DNA from: Spirochaetia bacterium
GTDB lineage: Bacteria > Spirochaetota > Spirochaetia > UBA9216
Length of the DNA: 64,000 bases
Direction: 5' to 3'
NCBI GenBank assembly: GCA_963677925.2
Contig: CAXXYH010000003.1
Coordinates: 1,696,001 to 1,760,000, forward strand
In this document: piece after piece, positions 10,017 to 19,836 of the stretch
Position numbering within the stretch: the first letter of the stretch is position 1
Layout of the letters: each line of letters starts with the position of its first letter
The notes under the pieces: generated by a model
Database searches by the model: none
Told to the model about the DNA's origin: nothing
Seen by the model: the letters and a program-made list of their open reading frames with translations, nothing else
Made by a program: the position numbers and the translations under genes

Positions 10017-11156
10017 ATGGCGAAATTAAGTACATTGGAGCAGATAGCGGAGTCTGAAGGGACTCCGGTAGTTGTAGTCGATCACGATGTTCTTCGAAGG
10101 AACTACCGCGAATTCAATTCGATGCTTCCCCGCGTTCAGATCTTCTACGCGGTAAAAGCAAACTCAGAACCGGAGATAGTTAAAACACTTTTTGATGCAG
10201 GTTCAAGCTTTGATGTAGCTTCGATGAACGAATTTCTCCTTGTTCACCGGAACATTGAGAACTGGCCCGAAGACAAACGTCAGAAATTCATCTGGGAAAA
10301 GATTATCTACGCCAATCCCATCAAGGACATAAAAACCCTCAAGGAACTTGACTGCTACAAACCTCTGGTAACCTTCGATAATATCGAAGAGGTCTATAAA
10401 ATAAGAGACAACGCTCCTAACGCCGGACTGGTTTTAAGACTCAGAGTCCCCAATACGGGCGCAATGGTTGAACTTTCTTCAAAATTCGGAGCAGACCCCG
10501 GCGAAGCTGTCGCTCTAATAGAAGAGGCGTATAACTGCGGCCTGACTGTTGAAGGACTCAGCTTTCATGTAGGCAGTCAGACCACCAACTTTGACAACTA
10601 TATTCAGGCTCTTGAACTTGCCGCCGGCATCTTTGCCGAGGCTAAACTTAAGGGTTTTGAAAAGATGAAAATCCTCGATATCGGCGGAGGCTTCCCGGCC
10701 CCATACGATGTGAATGTCGAACCATTCAGGGAGCTTGCACGCAGACTTAATTCAGAACTTGACCGGCTGTTCGGTCCTGAAATTGAAGTTATTGCCGAAC
10801 CGGGCAGGTACATGGTTGCTACAGCCTGTACAGCAATAGCATCAGTTGTCGGAAAAGCTGATCGGGACGGAAAACGCTGCTACTATATTAATGACGGGGT
10901 ATATCACACTTTTTCGGGTATAATTTTCGACCATTGTAAATACAGCCTGAGAGCGTTTAAAACCGGCCCAAAGAGTATCTGCTCGGTTTTCGGACCGACC
11001 TGCGACGCCCTGGATACCATCTCACTGGCTGAAGAACTGCCCGACCTGGACATAGGCGAGCACATATACAGCGAAAATATCGGAGCATACAGCAGCGCTT
11101 CATCAACCTGGTTTAACGGCTTTGCTCCGGCCAAAATAATTCATATAAACAGATAA
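10017..11156 (+). CDS. Ornithine/lysine decarboxylase (fold-type III PLP enzyme)
   Basis: FYAVKAN (PLP Lys), FDVAS, FHVGSQ, LDIGGGF, EPGRY, GPTCDALD. Confidence 0.9.
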   Translation: MAKLSTLEQIAESEGTPVVVVDHDVLRRNYREFNSMLPRVQIFYAVKANSEPEIVKTLFDAGSSFDVASMNEFLLVHRNIENWPEDKRQKFIWEKIIYANPIKDIKTLKELDCYKPLVTFDNIEEVYKIRDNAPNAGLVLRLRVPNTGAMVELSSKFGADPGEAVALIEEAYNCGLTVEGLSFHVGSQTTNFDNYIQALELAAGIFAEAKLKGFEKMKILDIGGGFPAPYDVNVEPFRELARRLNSELDRLFGPEIEVIAEPGRYMVATACTAIASVVGKADRDGKRCYYINDGVYHTFSGIIFDHCKYSLRAFKTGPKSICSVFGPTCDALDTISLAEELPDLDIGEHIYSENIGAYSSASSTWFNGFAPAKIIHINR

Positions 11157-11268
11157 ACAGAATAAAATGCTTGACGTGAGCATTAGAGCTGAATATTATT
11201 TTAACTTGATGTTTTCAAAGCTCTAATAAGGCTTTTTAGACATCTTCATAACTTACTTAACTCCTTTT

Positions 11269-11967
11269 TCAGCGGTCCATTCCAGGCCGCTGTACTTTTT
11301 TAAGCATCTTTGAAATACTGTACATTATCCTCGCTGTAAGCCCCCAGATAACCTCGCTGTCATAACGGTAAACTACAAACCTGTTTCTTGTATGGGACCA
11401 GCTGTTCCAGTAACGTTCAGGAAGTCCAAGAGCCTCGGCCGGAAAAAGCTCAACCCGATCGCCTTTTTCATCTGTAAACCAAGGATCAATAGAGAGCCGG
11501 TAATTATATATTTCGGGTTCGGTATTCATAAAAAAATCAACAGGAATTGAAAACAGCTTTTCAACCTCATCAGGATTAGGCTGAAACACATCCATTGAAT
11601 TAACAAGCAGCCTTCCCATGTAAACATCAACAAAGGCCCCCATTGTCGTCAGCATATACCCGGCAGAACCATGAACTTCAATCATATCCCTGGTAATTCC
11701 GGTTTCCTCTTCAGTTTCACGCACCACAGTTTCAATCGAATTGCCGTCCTCTTCATCAACCATTCCGCCTGGAAAACATATCTCACCGCCCTGCCTGATA
11801 TTGGCGGCTCTTTTTTCAAAAAGTATGGATTCTATTCCATTATTATTGAAAAAAGGGATAACTACAGCGGAACGAAAGGCATCCTCACTGCCGATAATTC
11901 TTCTTTCACAGTCTTCAAAGCGTTTACCCGTATAGTCAACAAGACGATCAAAATAGCTGCTGTCCAT
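11269..11967 (-). CDS. Nudix hydrolase, CoA pyrophosphatase type
   Basis: GEICFPGG, RETEEETG Nudix box, NPDEVE, IWGLTA. Confidence 0.9.
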   Translation of the reverse strand: MDSSYFDRLVDYTGKRFEDCERRIIGSEDAFRSAVVIPFFNNNGIESILFEKRAANIRQGGEICFPGGMVDEEDGNSIETVVRETEEETGITRDMIEVHGSAGYMLTTMGAFVDVYMGRLLVNSMDVFQPNPDEVEKLFSIPVDFFMNTEPEIYNYRLSIDPWFTDEKGDRVELFPAEALGLPERYWNSWSHTRNRFVVYRYDSEVIWGLTARIMYSISKMLKKVQRPGMDR

Positions 11968-12038
11968 AATATCTCCAGTAATCTAAATTTAAACCATCCG
12001 GGCCTTTGAGTACAGAATAAAAACTAATAAAACACGGT

Positions 12039-13178
12039 TTAATCAGCCGGAGTCAGCCTTCTCAGCCTTGCGCCGTCTCGATCCTCCAGGATCCAGACAG
12101 CCCCGTCGGGGCCCTGCTCGACCTCCCGAATCCGTCTGCCCATACTGAACCTTTCCGCTTCAAAGGCCTTGCCGCCGGAGGTATTTACCCGTACAAGACT
12201 CTGCGATACCAGCCCGCCGATTAGGGCATTATCCTGCCAGCCCTGAAACAGTTCATCGTCATAAATAATCAGCCCGGAAGGGGCAATACTCGGAACCCAA
12301 TACTCATCGGGGGCATAGAATTCCGGCCTTGTATCATGATCGGGAATATCAGCACCGGAATATTGATTTCCCCAGGAAACCAGCGGCCAGCCGTAATTTT
12401 CCCCTCTTATTATGCGGTTCAACTCGTCCCCGTGACGCGGACCCATTTCAACGGCCCACAGCTGCCATCTGCTGTCAAAGGCTAAACCTAGAACATTACG
12501 ATGTCCCAGAGTCCAGAAAGATTCTGCAAGCTTGCCCTTGTAATAAAAAGGATTATCTTCAGGCACAGTGCCGTTGTCTTTCAGCCTTATTATTTTTCCG
12601 AGGTTCTGGCTCCAGTCCTGTGCGGGCTGCTGTTTCTGCCTTTCACCGGAGGAAATATACAAATATCCGTCCTGATCAAATACCAGCCGATGTGAATAAT
12701 GTCCGGTTCCGCTTACCTTGGGATACTGACGCCATATAACTTCCAAATCTTTAAGTGAAGCTGAATCGCCGGAGCGTTCCAGCACAGCCCGTGCAACTGC
12801 TGCACCGGACAGACCGGAAGATCCTGCTTCGGCATACGAAATATAAATGATTTTGTTATCCATGTAGCCGGGATGCAGAATTACATCACCAAGCCCGCCC
12901 TGGCCACCATAGGCAGTTTGCGGAACTCCGCTGACTTGAATGCGCCTTCCGCTTTCGATGTTGTAAAGAATCAGACTGCCCGTCCTTTCGGTTACCAGAA
13001 GTTCCTGCTCTCCTGCAAAGGTCATTGCCCAGGGCTGATTAAAAACTCCGTAATCCTCGGCAAGAATCCTGCTGCCGGCATTACCTGTAATGATTTCCGA
13101 TTTGCCCTGCGCAGAACCGGCCAGTACGAAAACTGATAACAGCAGCAACATATTGATCGAAAAATGTAAATTTTTCAT
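12039..13178 (-). CDS. Secreted PQQ-dependent aldose sugar dehydrogenase (GSDH/YliI family)
   Basis: Signal peptide; [45 protein letters not shown]. Confidence 0.9.
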   Translation of the reverse strand: MKNLHFSINMLLLLSVFVLAGSAQGKSEIITGNAGSRILAEDYGVFNQPWAMTFAGEQELLVTERTGSLILYNIESGRRIQVSGVPQTAYGGQGGLGDVILHPGYMDNKIIYISYAEAGSSGLSGAAVARAVLERSGDSASLKDLEVIWRQYPKVSGTGHYSHRLVFDQDGYLYISSGERQKQQPAQDWSQNLGKIIRLKDNGTVPEDNPFYYKGKLAESFWTLGHRNVLGLAFDSRWQLWAVEMGPRHGDELNRIIRGENYGWPLVSWGNQYSGADIPDHDTRPEFYAPDEYWVPSIAPSGLIIYDDELFQGWQDNALIGGLVSQSLVRVNTSGGKAFEAERFSMGRRIREVEQGPDGAVWILEDRDGARLRRLTPAD

Positions 13179-13326
13179 AATCACTCCTGTTTATAAAATA
13201 AGTATAAACGGCAGATATTGTTAACTATTTTTGTCATGTATTTTTTTTTCAGGAAGTAAAGAACTTTATATCGATATCTTTCCGCATGCTTCCCAGATCA
13301 CCTTAATCATTCTATAATCCAAAGTC

Positions 13327-15576
13327 ATGGATCTTTTCTCATCAAGCCCCGACACAAACGCGCCTCTCGCCCACCGGATGAGGCCGAGAACCATCGATGA
13401 GTTCATCGGACAGGGCCACATTGCAGGTCCCGGCAGACTGCTTAGAAGGCTGATTCAGGCAGACAGGATGTCGTCTATAATCTTCTACGGTCCTCCGGGA
13501 ACAGGAAAAACTACACTTGCCCAGGTAATCGCCAATACAACCGAAAGCTACTTCATTACAATGAATGCAGTTCTTGACGGTGTAAAAAACCTCCGGGACG
13601 CTATTGCCGAAGCGCAGAACCATCGTGATCTTTATGGAAGACGTACAATCCTATTTGTCGACGAAGTACACCGATGGAACAAGTCTCAGCAGGATGCGCT
13701 GCTTCCCTGGGTTGAAAACGGAACGGTCATATTAATTGGAGCGACAACGGAGAACCCCTACTTTGAAGTAAACAAGGCGCTTGTGAGCCGAAGCCGTATT
13801 TTCCAGCTTAAATCACTCACAACAGATGATTTGTATAATATAGCAAGACAGGCCCTGGCCGACAGTCAGCGCGGCTACGGCAGGTTTAACGTCCATATAA
13901 GCGAAGAAGCTCTGGGTCACCTTGTGGATATCTCTTCAGGTGATGCAAGAAGTCTGCTAAACGCTCTTGAACTGGCGGTCGAAACCTCAGCAGACAAGTT
14001 CCCCCCCGAACCGGGTTCCGAGATTAAAATAGATCTGCAGACAGCAGAAGAGAGCATACAGAAAAAAGCCGTCCTCTACGACAAGGAAGGTGATTATCAT
14101 TTTGATACAATTAGCGCATTCATCAAATCGATTCGGGGCTCAGACCCGGATGCGGCACTGTACTGGATGGCTACAATGATAAGGGCGGGAGAAGACCCCC
14201 GCTACCTTTTCAGGCGGATGCTTATCAGTGCCAGCGAGGACATCGGACTTGCGGACCCTGCAGCGCTCGGTGTTGTTGAATCAGCAGCCGCTTCATTCGA
14301 CAGGGTCGGGCTTCCGGAGGGTCAGTTCCATCTTGCCCAGGCGGCCCTCTACCTCGCAACTGCACCTAAATCAAACTCAACGCTGGCGTTCTTCGACGCA
14401 CTTAATTCAATAGAAAAAGACGGCTCAGGCGAAGTCCCCAATCATCTTAAGGATGCCGGACGCGACAAGGAAGGCTTCGGGCACGGCGAAGGATATATGT
14501 ATCCGCATGCCTACCGCGACCACTGGGTTGCACAGCAGTACCTGCCATCAGGGCTTCAGGGAAGGATATTTTACCAGCCTTCAGATCAGGGATTTGAAAA
14601 AGAGATACGTGATTCGGTTGAGAAAAGAAGGGAAATACAGCTCTCTGCGGCTGTTCAGCCTGAGCACGAGGAAATCCTCACCTTCAGCCCGCCTGACAGG
14701 CAGCAGGAAAGGTGGCTCAAAAGAGTGACCGACAGTTCCGGCACTACACTTTCAATAATCAGAAACTCGATTTTTGAAGATCTTAATATCAAGCGGCATG
14801 ACTGTATTCTGGTACTCGAAAACAGGCCCCCGGTACTTCTCTGGGAGGCTGTAAGAAAAACCCCCGAGGGAGGAGTATGGTACATGCCCTCAGGAGGCAG
14901 AGCTGCAGAGATTGCCGCTCATCATTCCCAGGGACTGCCGGAAGACAGAAGGCCTGTTGAAATAAAACAGGCCCCGGACAGTCCAGGCACCGCAGGCACT
15001 CCTGCAGATTCGCTTCGGAGCGGAAAACTTGCGCAATCACTTGAATCCGGCCTCAAATTCGATCTGATAATACTCTCTGATCTTCTGACAAGGGAACCGG
15101 ATAAAACCGCTTTTCTGCAGCAGACGGCAAAACTGCTTCAACCCGGCGGAAAGGCGGTAATCCATCAGATTATTCCCTCCGGCGCCCAACGGCTTTCGGC
15201 ACTTGCAGAAGTAAGCGAGCCCCTCTCTGCTCATGTGGCTCTCTTAACCGCACTGAAGAACGCCGAAGACGCAATTTACAGACAGCCGGATAACCCCCTT
15301 GTAAACTGGGACGGAAATACAGTGGTGAAGTCGGCGGCGGACGCCGGGCTGAAATATATACACAGCATCGAAACGATAACCGAAAAGCGCTCAATTTCAG
15401 CCGAAGATATAAACAAGTGGTTTGAGCCGGGCGGCAGCTATGGCTCAGTCCTGAAGACACTTCTTTCCACTGAGGATATGTCCCGGCTGATACAGATTAT
15501 CAGTGCTGCAGCCTCAGGAAAAACGGTAGCCTGGCAGATGAAATTCATTAAACTTTCATTTACATTAGTATTTTAG
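13327..15576 (+). CDS. rarA: Replication-associated recombination protein RarA/MgsA with a ~300-aa C-terminal extension
   Basis: [52 protein letters not shown]. Confidence 0.92.
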   Translation: MDLFSSSPDTNAPLAHRMRPRTIDEFIGQGHIAGPGRLLRRLIQADRMSSIIFYGPPGTGKTTLAQVIANTTESYFITMNAVLDGVKNLRDAIAEAQNHRDLYGRRTILFVDEVHRWNKSQQDALLPWVENGTVILIGATTENPYFEVNKALVSRSRIFQLKSLTTDDLYNIARQALADSQRGYGRFNVHISEEALGHLVDISSGDARSLLNALELAVETSADKFPPEPGSEIKIDLQTAEESIQKKAVLYDKEGDYHFDTISAFIKSIRGSDPDAALYWMATMIRAGEDPRYLFRRMLISASEDIGLADPAALGVVESAAASFDRVGLPEGQFHLAQAALYLATAPKSNSTLAFFDALNSIEKDGSGEVPNHLKDAGRDKEGFGHGEGYMYPHAYRDHWVAQQYLPSGLQGRIFYQPSDQGFEKEIRDSVEKRREIQLSAAVQPEHEEILTFSPPDRQQERWLKRVTDSSGTTLSIIRNSIFEDLNIKRHDCILVLENRPPVLLWEAVRKTPEGGVWYMPSGGRAAEIAAHHSQGLPEDRRPVEIKQAPDSPGTAGTPADSLRSGKLAQSLESGLKFDLIILSDLLTREPDKTAFLQQTAKLLQPGGKAVIHQIIPSGAQRLSALAEVSEPLSAHVALLTALKNAEDAIYRQPDNPLVNWDGNTVVKSAADAGLKYIHSIETITEKRSISAEDINKWFEPGGSYGSVLKTLLSTEDMSRLIQIISAAASGKTVAWQMKFIKLSFTLVF

Positions 15577-15587
15577 TAATATATATC

Positions 15588-15616
15588 TTGACAACTTAGC
15601 ACCTCCTAATTATCTT
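15588..15616 (+). promoter_or_regulatory. Sigma70-type promoter of rpsD
   Basis: TTGACA-17-TATCTT, then GGAGG Shine-Dalgarno. Confidence 0.7.
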
Positions 15617-15639
15617 AATAAATCTAAACAGGAGGCCAA

Positions 15640-16257
15640 ATGGCAAGATCAAACAACCCGAAGGGCAAAATTGTTAGACGCTTCGGTGATAATATATTCG
15701 AACAGCCGAAATATTCGAAGCTGCTGGACCGAAAACCGAATAAACCCGGTAAAGATCCTAAAACCAGAACCCGCAAAAAAATCAGCGACTACGGGCTTCA
15801 GCTTGAAGCAAAACAGAAACTCAGGTTCACCTATGGACTTTCGGAAAAACAGTTCTACAATCTTTATGAAAAGGCTAAAAAAAGACCGGGCGATACAGGA
15901 ATGAATATGCTTAAAATGCTTGAGCAGAGAATCGACAACACGGTTTTCCGCCTTAACTGGGCAGCAAGCAGAGCCCAGGCAAGGCAGATGGTTTCACACG
16001 GCCATATCCTTGTAAACGGAAAAAGACTTAATATTCCATCAGCACAGATAAATCCCGGAGATGAAATATCTCTGTCTTCAAAAAAAGGAGTCCGCGACCT
16101 GGCCAGACAGAATATTAGCGGCATATCCAGAAGAACCACTTCCTGGCTGAATACTGATAATGATGACTTCAAAGCCGCTGTTGCAGCTTCTCCCGAAGGG
16201 CTTTCAGAGAATGTAAAAGCTAATCAGAGGCTGATAATCGAATACTACTCAAGATAG
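15640..16257 (+). CDS. rpsD: 30S ribosomal protein S4
   Basis: SDYGLQLEAKQKLRFTYGLSEKQF, LEQRIDNTVFR, ARQMVSHGHILVNG, IIEYYSR. Confidence 0.96.
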   Translation: MARSNNPKGKIVRRFGDNIFEQPKYSKLLDRKPNKPGKDPKTRTRKKISDYGLQLEAKQKLRFTYGLSEKQFYNLYEKAKKRPGDTGMNMLKMLEQRIDNTVFRLNWAASRAQARQMVSHGHILVNGKRLNIPSAQINPGDEISLSSKKGVRDLARQNISGISRRTTSWLNTDNDDFKAAVAASPEGLSENVKANQRLIIEYYSR

Positions 16258-17931
16258 GAATCCGGACTTACTATTCTGAGGCGTCTGGAGACAGAAAGAG
16301 AATGAGAAAACGGTTCTTCCGTCCTCTTTTAAAATGTCGAATTCCCCGCCCAGCTGAGAAATAAGATCATTAATCAACTTGAGTCCCAGCCCCTCTGAAT
16401 GCTCGGACTCAAATTTATCCGGCAGGCCTGGACCGCTGTCACTGTATCGGACATGGCCGGTCCCCTCAGTATCGGAATACATGTGAAGACGAATGCTGCC
16501 TTTATTACTGTCAAAAAAAGCATATTTCATTGAGTTTATTATCAACTCATTAAATATCAGCCCGAGAGGTACGAGCTCATTTAATTCCAGGTGCAGGGAC
16601 TCTATTTCAAGCTCCAGATCAATATCATGAAGCCCTGTTATCATACAGAGGTCTTTAACAAGATTCACGAAAAACTCATCAGCAGTGACGCTTGTAACAT
16701 CACTGCCTGAATACAGAGACTCATGAACATATGCAATCGAGTGTATTCGTGATGTTGCACTCATCACAAAATCGGAAATCCTTGGATCAGTCTCACTGGC
16801 TCCCTGAATCTGAAGCAGAGCAGAAATAATTTGCAGATTATTCTTAACACGATGATGTATTTCCGCAATCAGAATATCCTTATCATGCAGAGCTTTCTGC
16901 TGAAGAGTTTCCCGTTTATCAACCTCATCGTTTATTTTTTCCAGCAGATATCCGGACTCGGCAATAAAATGTCTGAATAATGATAAAAGATGACTGTTTT
17001 CAATAAATTCGGTATGTACATCATCAAGCAGCTGCCGAGCTTCACTGATAAAATCTTTGTATAATTCCAGAGTATATGAGGACTCGCTGAGTCCAACTAT
17101 TCTATCTGAAAATGTTTCGGTGGTTTTTACAATTATTTGCTGTTCTTTTTTAAGCAGCTTAATTTTTACAGCCAGCCCTCTCAAATACAGGTAAACAAGA
17201 AGGCAGGTTGCAATTATTACAAATAAAAACAGAAATCCGGATATTACAAGATTTGTAACATCCTGAAAAAAGGCAATATCAAGACTGTCCATCCGATCAA
17301 ACCTGACGGTTTTGACAAGAAATAAGCGCCCTTCGATAAGCATAAACACTTTTGGTTCCAGCATTGAACCTGTCCACCACAATTTGTTTGAATACTGGAT
17401 TCTGGAATTTTTATAAATTGCAAAGATGTCTGCTCCCGCTATCTCGGCAGGAAAAAATTTTTCCGGACTAACATAAGTGGTTATAAGTTTATCTCCAATC
17501 CTTATCACCATATATACCTGCTGAAGTTCAGTCTCAAAATTCGGGTACAGACCAATATGAATTCTGCCATCTGTAAGATTTTTTGTTGAACGATAAAGAT
17601 TACTGGGTGTTATATTCAGACCCTGCAAATTCGGCGTTGTGGATTTTATTATCTCTCCGTCCAGGGTATAAATAAACCCGTCGGCTTTCGGATTATACTG
17701 TATCGATTCTTCTGACAGGAATCCGGATTCCTTTGCAAATCTAAGGTTGGCTTCAAGAGATATCTTCCATTTTTCAGTTCTTTCATTCAACCCCGAAAGC
17801 TGATTATAAGAAAATATAACAAACAGCCCGACAACAATTATTGTAAAAAAGATAATCACCCAGATGATAAATCTGTAAACGGATACATAAATGGAGATGA
17901 CAGAGTTGGATTTTGTCTTTGCTTTATTCAT
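16249..17931 (-). CDS. Membrane sensor histidine kinase, HisKA_2/PdtaS type
   Basis: Two TM segments; EIHHRVKNNLQ, NELIINSMKYAF, DSGPG, GLGL. Confidence 0.9.
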   Translation of the reverse strand: MNKAKTKSNSVISIYVSVYRFIIWVIIFFTIIVVGLFVIFSYNQLSGLNERTEKWKISLEANLRFAKESGFLSEESIQYNPKADGFIYTLDGEIIKSTTPNLQGLNITPSNLYRSTKNLTDGRIHIGLYPNFETELQQVYMVIRIGDKLITTYVSPEKFFPAEIAGADIFAIYKNSRIQYSNKLWWTGSMLEPKVFMLIEGRLFLVKTVRFDRMDSLDIAFFQDVTNLVISGFLFLFVIIATCLLVYLYLRGLAVKIKLLKKEQQIIVKTTETFSDRIVGLSESSYTLELYKDFISEARQLLDDVHTEFIENSHLLSLFRHFIAESGYLLEKINDEVDKRETLQQKALHDKDILIAEIHHRVKNNLQIISALLQIQGASETDPRISDFVMSATSRIHSIAYVHESLYSGSDVTSVTADEFFVNLVKDLCMITGLHDIDLELEIESLHLELNELVPLGLIFNELIINSMKYAFFDSNKGSIRLHMYSDTEGTGHVRYSDSGPGLPDKFESEHSEGLGLKLINDLISQLGGEFDILKEDGRTVFSFSFCLQTPQNSKSGFLS

Positions 17932-19027
17932 CTATATAATCCCCGGGAAGAAAAAAATCATTTATTATATGATTCTCAATTCTTATACCGGACTGCTCAA
18001 GAACTCTAAGATACAGCTCCTCCGGATTTCCATCACCGAATTCATTCAGATAAACGTCGCAGTAACCGTTTCTAAAGTATGCAGGCTTTGAAAATTCCCG
18101 GAGAAGCCGCTCGGGAGAATTTCCGACAACAGACATTTTCTGATGAATAATTTCAAGGACTATAATAGCTGTCAGAGCACCGTAGGAGGGTATGATATTA
18201 AAAGCTTCAAAATACTGACTGAGGACATCCTCATATTTACTGTCCAAATAACCGCTTCTGCTTACTGAATAGAAACCATCTATGTCAGGGATAGCAAAGA
18301 GGGAGCCGAAAGCTGAAACGCCCCAGTCTGCTGCAAAAACATCAGTATCAGGTTTTCTGTCCTTAACAGCATTAATAATGAGCAGCATTTCCATAGATGG
18401 AGAAATGCACATGACTGCATCTGTATTGAGGTCCAGCAATTCTTCGAAGCCTGAATAGTACTCAGTCACCGTGTATTCGCTATGAAAATTTTTAGTAATC
18501 GAATCGGTCAAGCGCTCGGAATAATTAGTATTAATTGAAGCTCGTACTATCAGTATTTTCCTGTACCCCTTCTGTTCAAAAACCTTAGCATAAGCAGCAC
18601 CCATTACTTCAGTGGAAGGCTGTATACGGAAAAAATTGTCTTTCCTGTTACTTAAGATATCAGTCGATGCAGTTACGCCCCAGAAGGGAATCCCTGACTC
18701 CTTTAATTCATCTAGAACAATCAGGCTTGCGCTGCTGATACTGCCTCCGATAATTACAGAGACATTATCATCAATTAATTCACGGCAGGCTTTCCTGATG
18801 CTTTCCTCATCATTCTGACTGGCTTTAAGAATAACTTTAACGGGATGTAGTCCGATATTTTCCAGCCTGTCTTTATAAAAGCTCACAGCCAAAAATTCTT
18901 CATATCCCAGCATCATATCAATGGAGAAGATAACCCCTATTTTATAGGGCCTTGTCAATCTATAGAACAAAAATCCGGAGGAAACAACTGCAATTATTAG
19001 AGTAATACTGATGAGCCTTCTTCTCAT
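17924..19027 (-). CDS. Periplasmic-binding protein (branched-chain amino acid/Peripla_BP_6-like), probable partner of the kinase
   Basis: N-terminal anchor; KIGV, VSVIIGG, LSNRKDNFFRIQPS, DEFGD-like C-terminus; overlaps the kinase start. Confidence 0.75.
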   Translation of the reverse strand: MRRRLISITLIIAVVSSGFLFYRLTRPYKIGVIFSIDMMLGYEEFLAVSFYKDRLENIGLHPVKVILKASQNDEESIRKACRELIDDNVSVIIGGSISSASLIVLDELKESGIPFWGVTASTDILSNRKDNFFRIQPSTEVMGAAYAKVFEQKGYRKILIVRASINTNYSERLTDSITKNFHSEYTVTEYYSGFEELLDLNTDAVMCISPSMEMLLIINAVKDRKPDTDVFAADWGVSAFGSLFAIPDIDGFYSVSRSGYLDSKYEDVLSQYFEAFNIIPSYGALTAIIVLEIIHQKMSVVGNSPERLLREFSKPAYFRNGYCDVYLNEFGDGNPEELYLRVLEQSGIRIENHIINDFFLPGDYIDE

Positions 19028-19114
19028 ATTTAAATTATAATTATATGGATGCGGGAATCAAATTTAATACTATTTCGTGTAAGGTTTAAGCGGTTTTTAG
19101 ATTATGCTTTCGGG

Positions 19115-19143
19115 TTGACAAAAATGCTAAAATATAGCATATT
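19115..19143 (+). promoter_or_regulatory. Promoter of the tRNA cluster
   Basis: TTGACA-17-CATATT, 17 nt upstream of tRNA-His. Confidence 0.6.
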
Positions 19144-19159
19144 CCTACGCACGTAATAT

Positions 19160-19233
19160 GGTGGATATAGTTCAATCGGTAGAGCACCAGATTGTGGTTC
19201 TGGGTGTTGCGGGTTCAAGTCCCGTTATCCACC
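19160..19233 (+). tRNA. tRNA-His (GTG)
   Basis: Cloverleaf GTGGATA/TATCCAC, anticodon loop TTGTGGT, TTCAAGT T-loop, G-1 and C73. Confidence 0.95.
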
Positions 19234-19262
19234 CTAGCGCCTGACTTTGCGTACAGGAGCAT

Positions 19263-19336
<74 letters not shown>

Positions 19337-19364
19337 GTCTTTGTTTTTTGGCAATTTAAATAAC

Positions 19365-19437
19365 GGGCCGTTAGCTCAGCTGGGAGAGCAGCAGACTCTT
19401 AATCTGCGGGTCGTAGGTTCGATCCCTACACGGCTCA
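19365..19437 (+). tRNA. tRNA-Lys (CTT)
   Basis: GGGCCGT/ACGGCTC acceptor, GCAGA-CTCTTAA-TCTGC arm. Confidence 0.95.
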
Positions 19438-19524
19438 AAACTTTTTCAAATATATTGACCTATATTAGAAAAAGTGTAATAATGCGGAAACTTCCTGATG
19501 GAAGCCACGCTCCGCAGTAAAGCT

Positions 19525-19605
19525 GCGAGAGTGGTGAAATTGGCAGACACGCCAGACTTAGGATCTGGTGCCTTTGGCGTAAGGGTTCAAGTCCCTTCTC
19601 TCGTA
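19525..19605 (+). tRNA. tRNA-Leu (TAG)
   Basis: GCGAGAG/CTCTCGT acceptor, CCAGA-CTTAGGA-TCTGG arm, long variable arm. Confidence 0.95.
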
Positions 19606-19654
19606 TATCTTTTTTTAAAGATGTGCCCATGGGTACTTAGTTTCAGAACATCAA

Positions 19655-19726
19655 GCGGGAGTAGCTCAGCGGTAGAGCTCCACCTTGCCAAGGTGGATGT
19701 CGCGGGTTCAATTCCCGTCTCCCGCT
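19655..19726 (+). tRNA. tRNA-Gly (GCC)
   Basis: GCGGGAG/CTCCCGC acceptor, CCACC-TTGCCAA-GGTGG arm, U73. Confidence 0.95.
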
Positions 19727-19734
19727 CTACAGTA

Positions 19735-19774
19735 AGGCGATCGAGGGCATTTCCCTAGGTCGCCTTTTTTTTTT
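19735..19774 (+). terminator. Intrinsic terminator after the tRNA cluster
   Basis: AAGGCGATC...GGTCGCCTT stem followed by a long T run. Confidence 0.85.
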
Positions 19775-19836
19775 CAGTTTCTCTAGAAACATAATTATTC
19801 ACCGTATAAACATAACGGAAAACAGCGAGGACGCAG

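Noticed and set aside
16240-19075. Possible target duplication (AATACTA) around the kinase/binding-protein pair
   Set aside because: Only 7 bp match; not significant
19498-19758. 86-aa ORF in the ORF track
   Set aside because: Overlaps tRNA-Leu and tRNA-Gly; spurious
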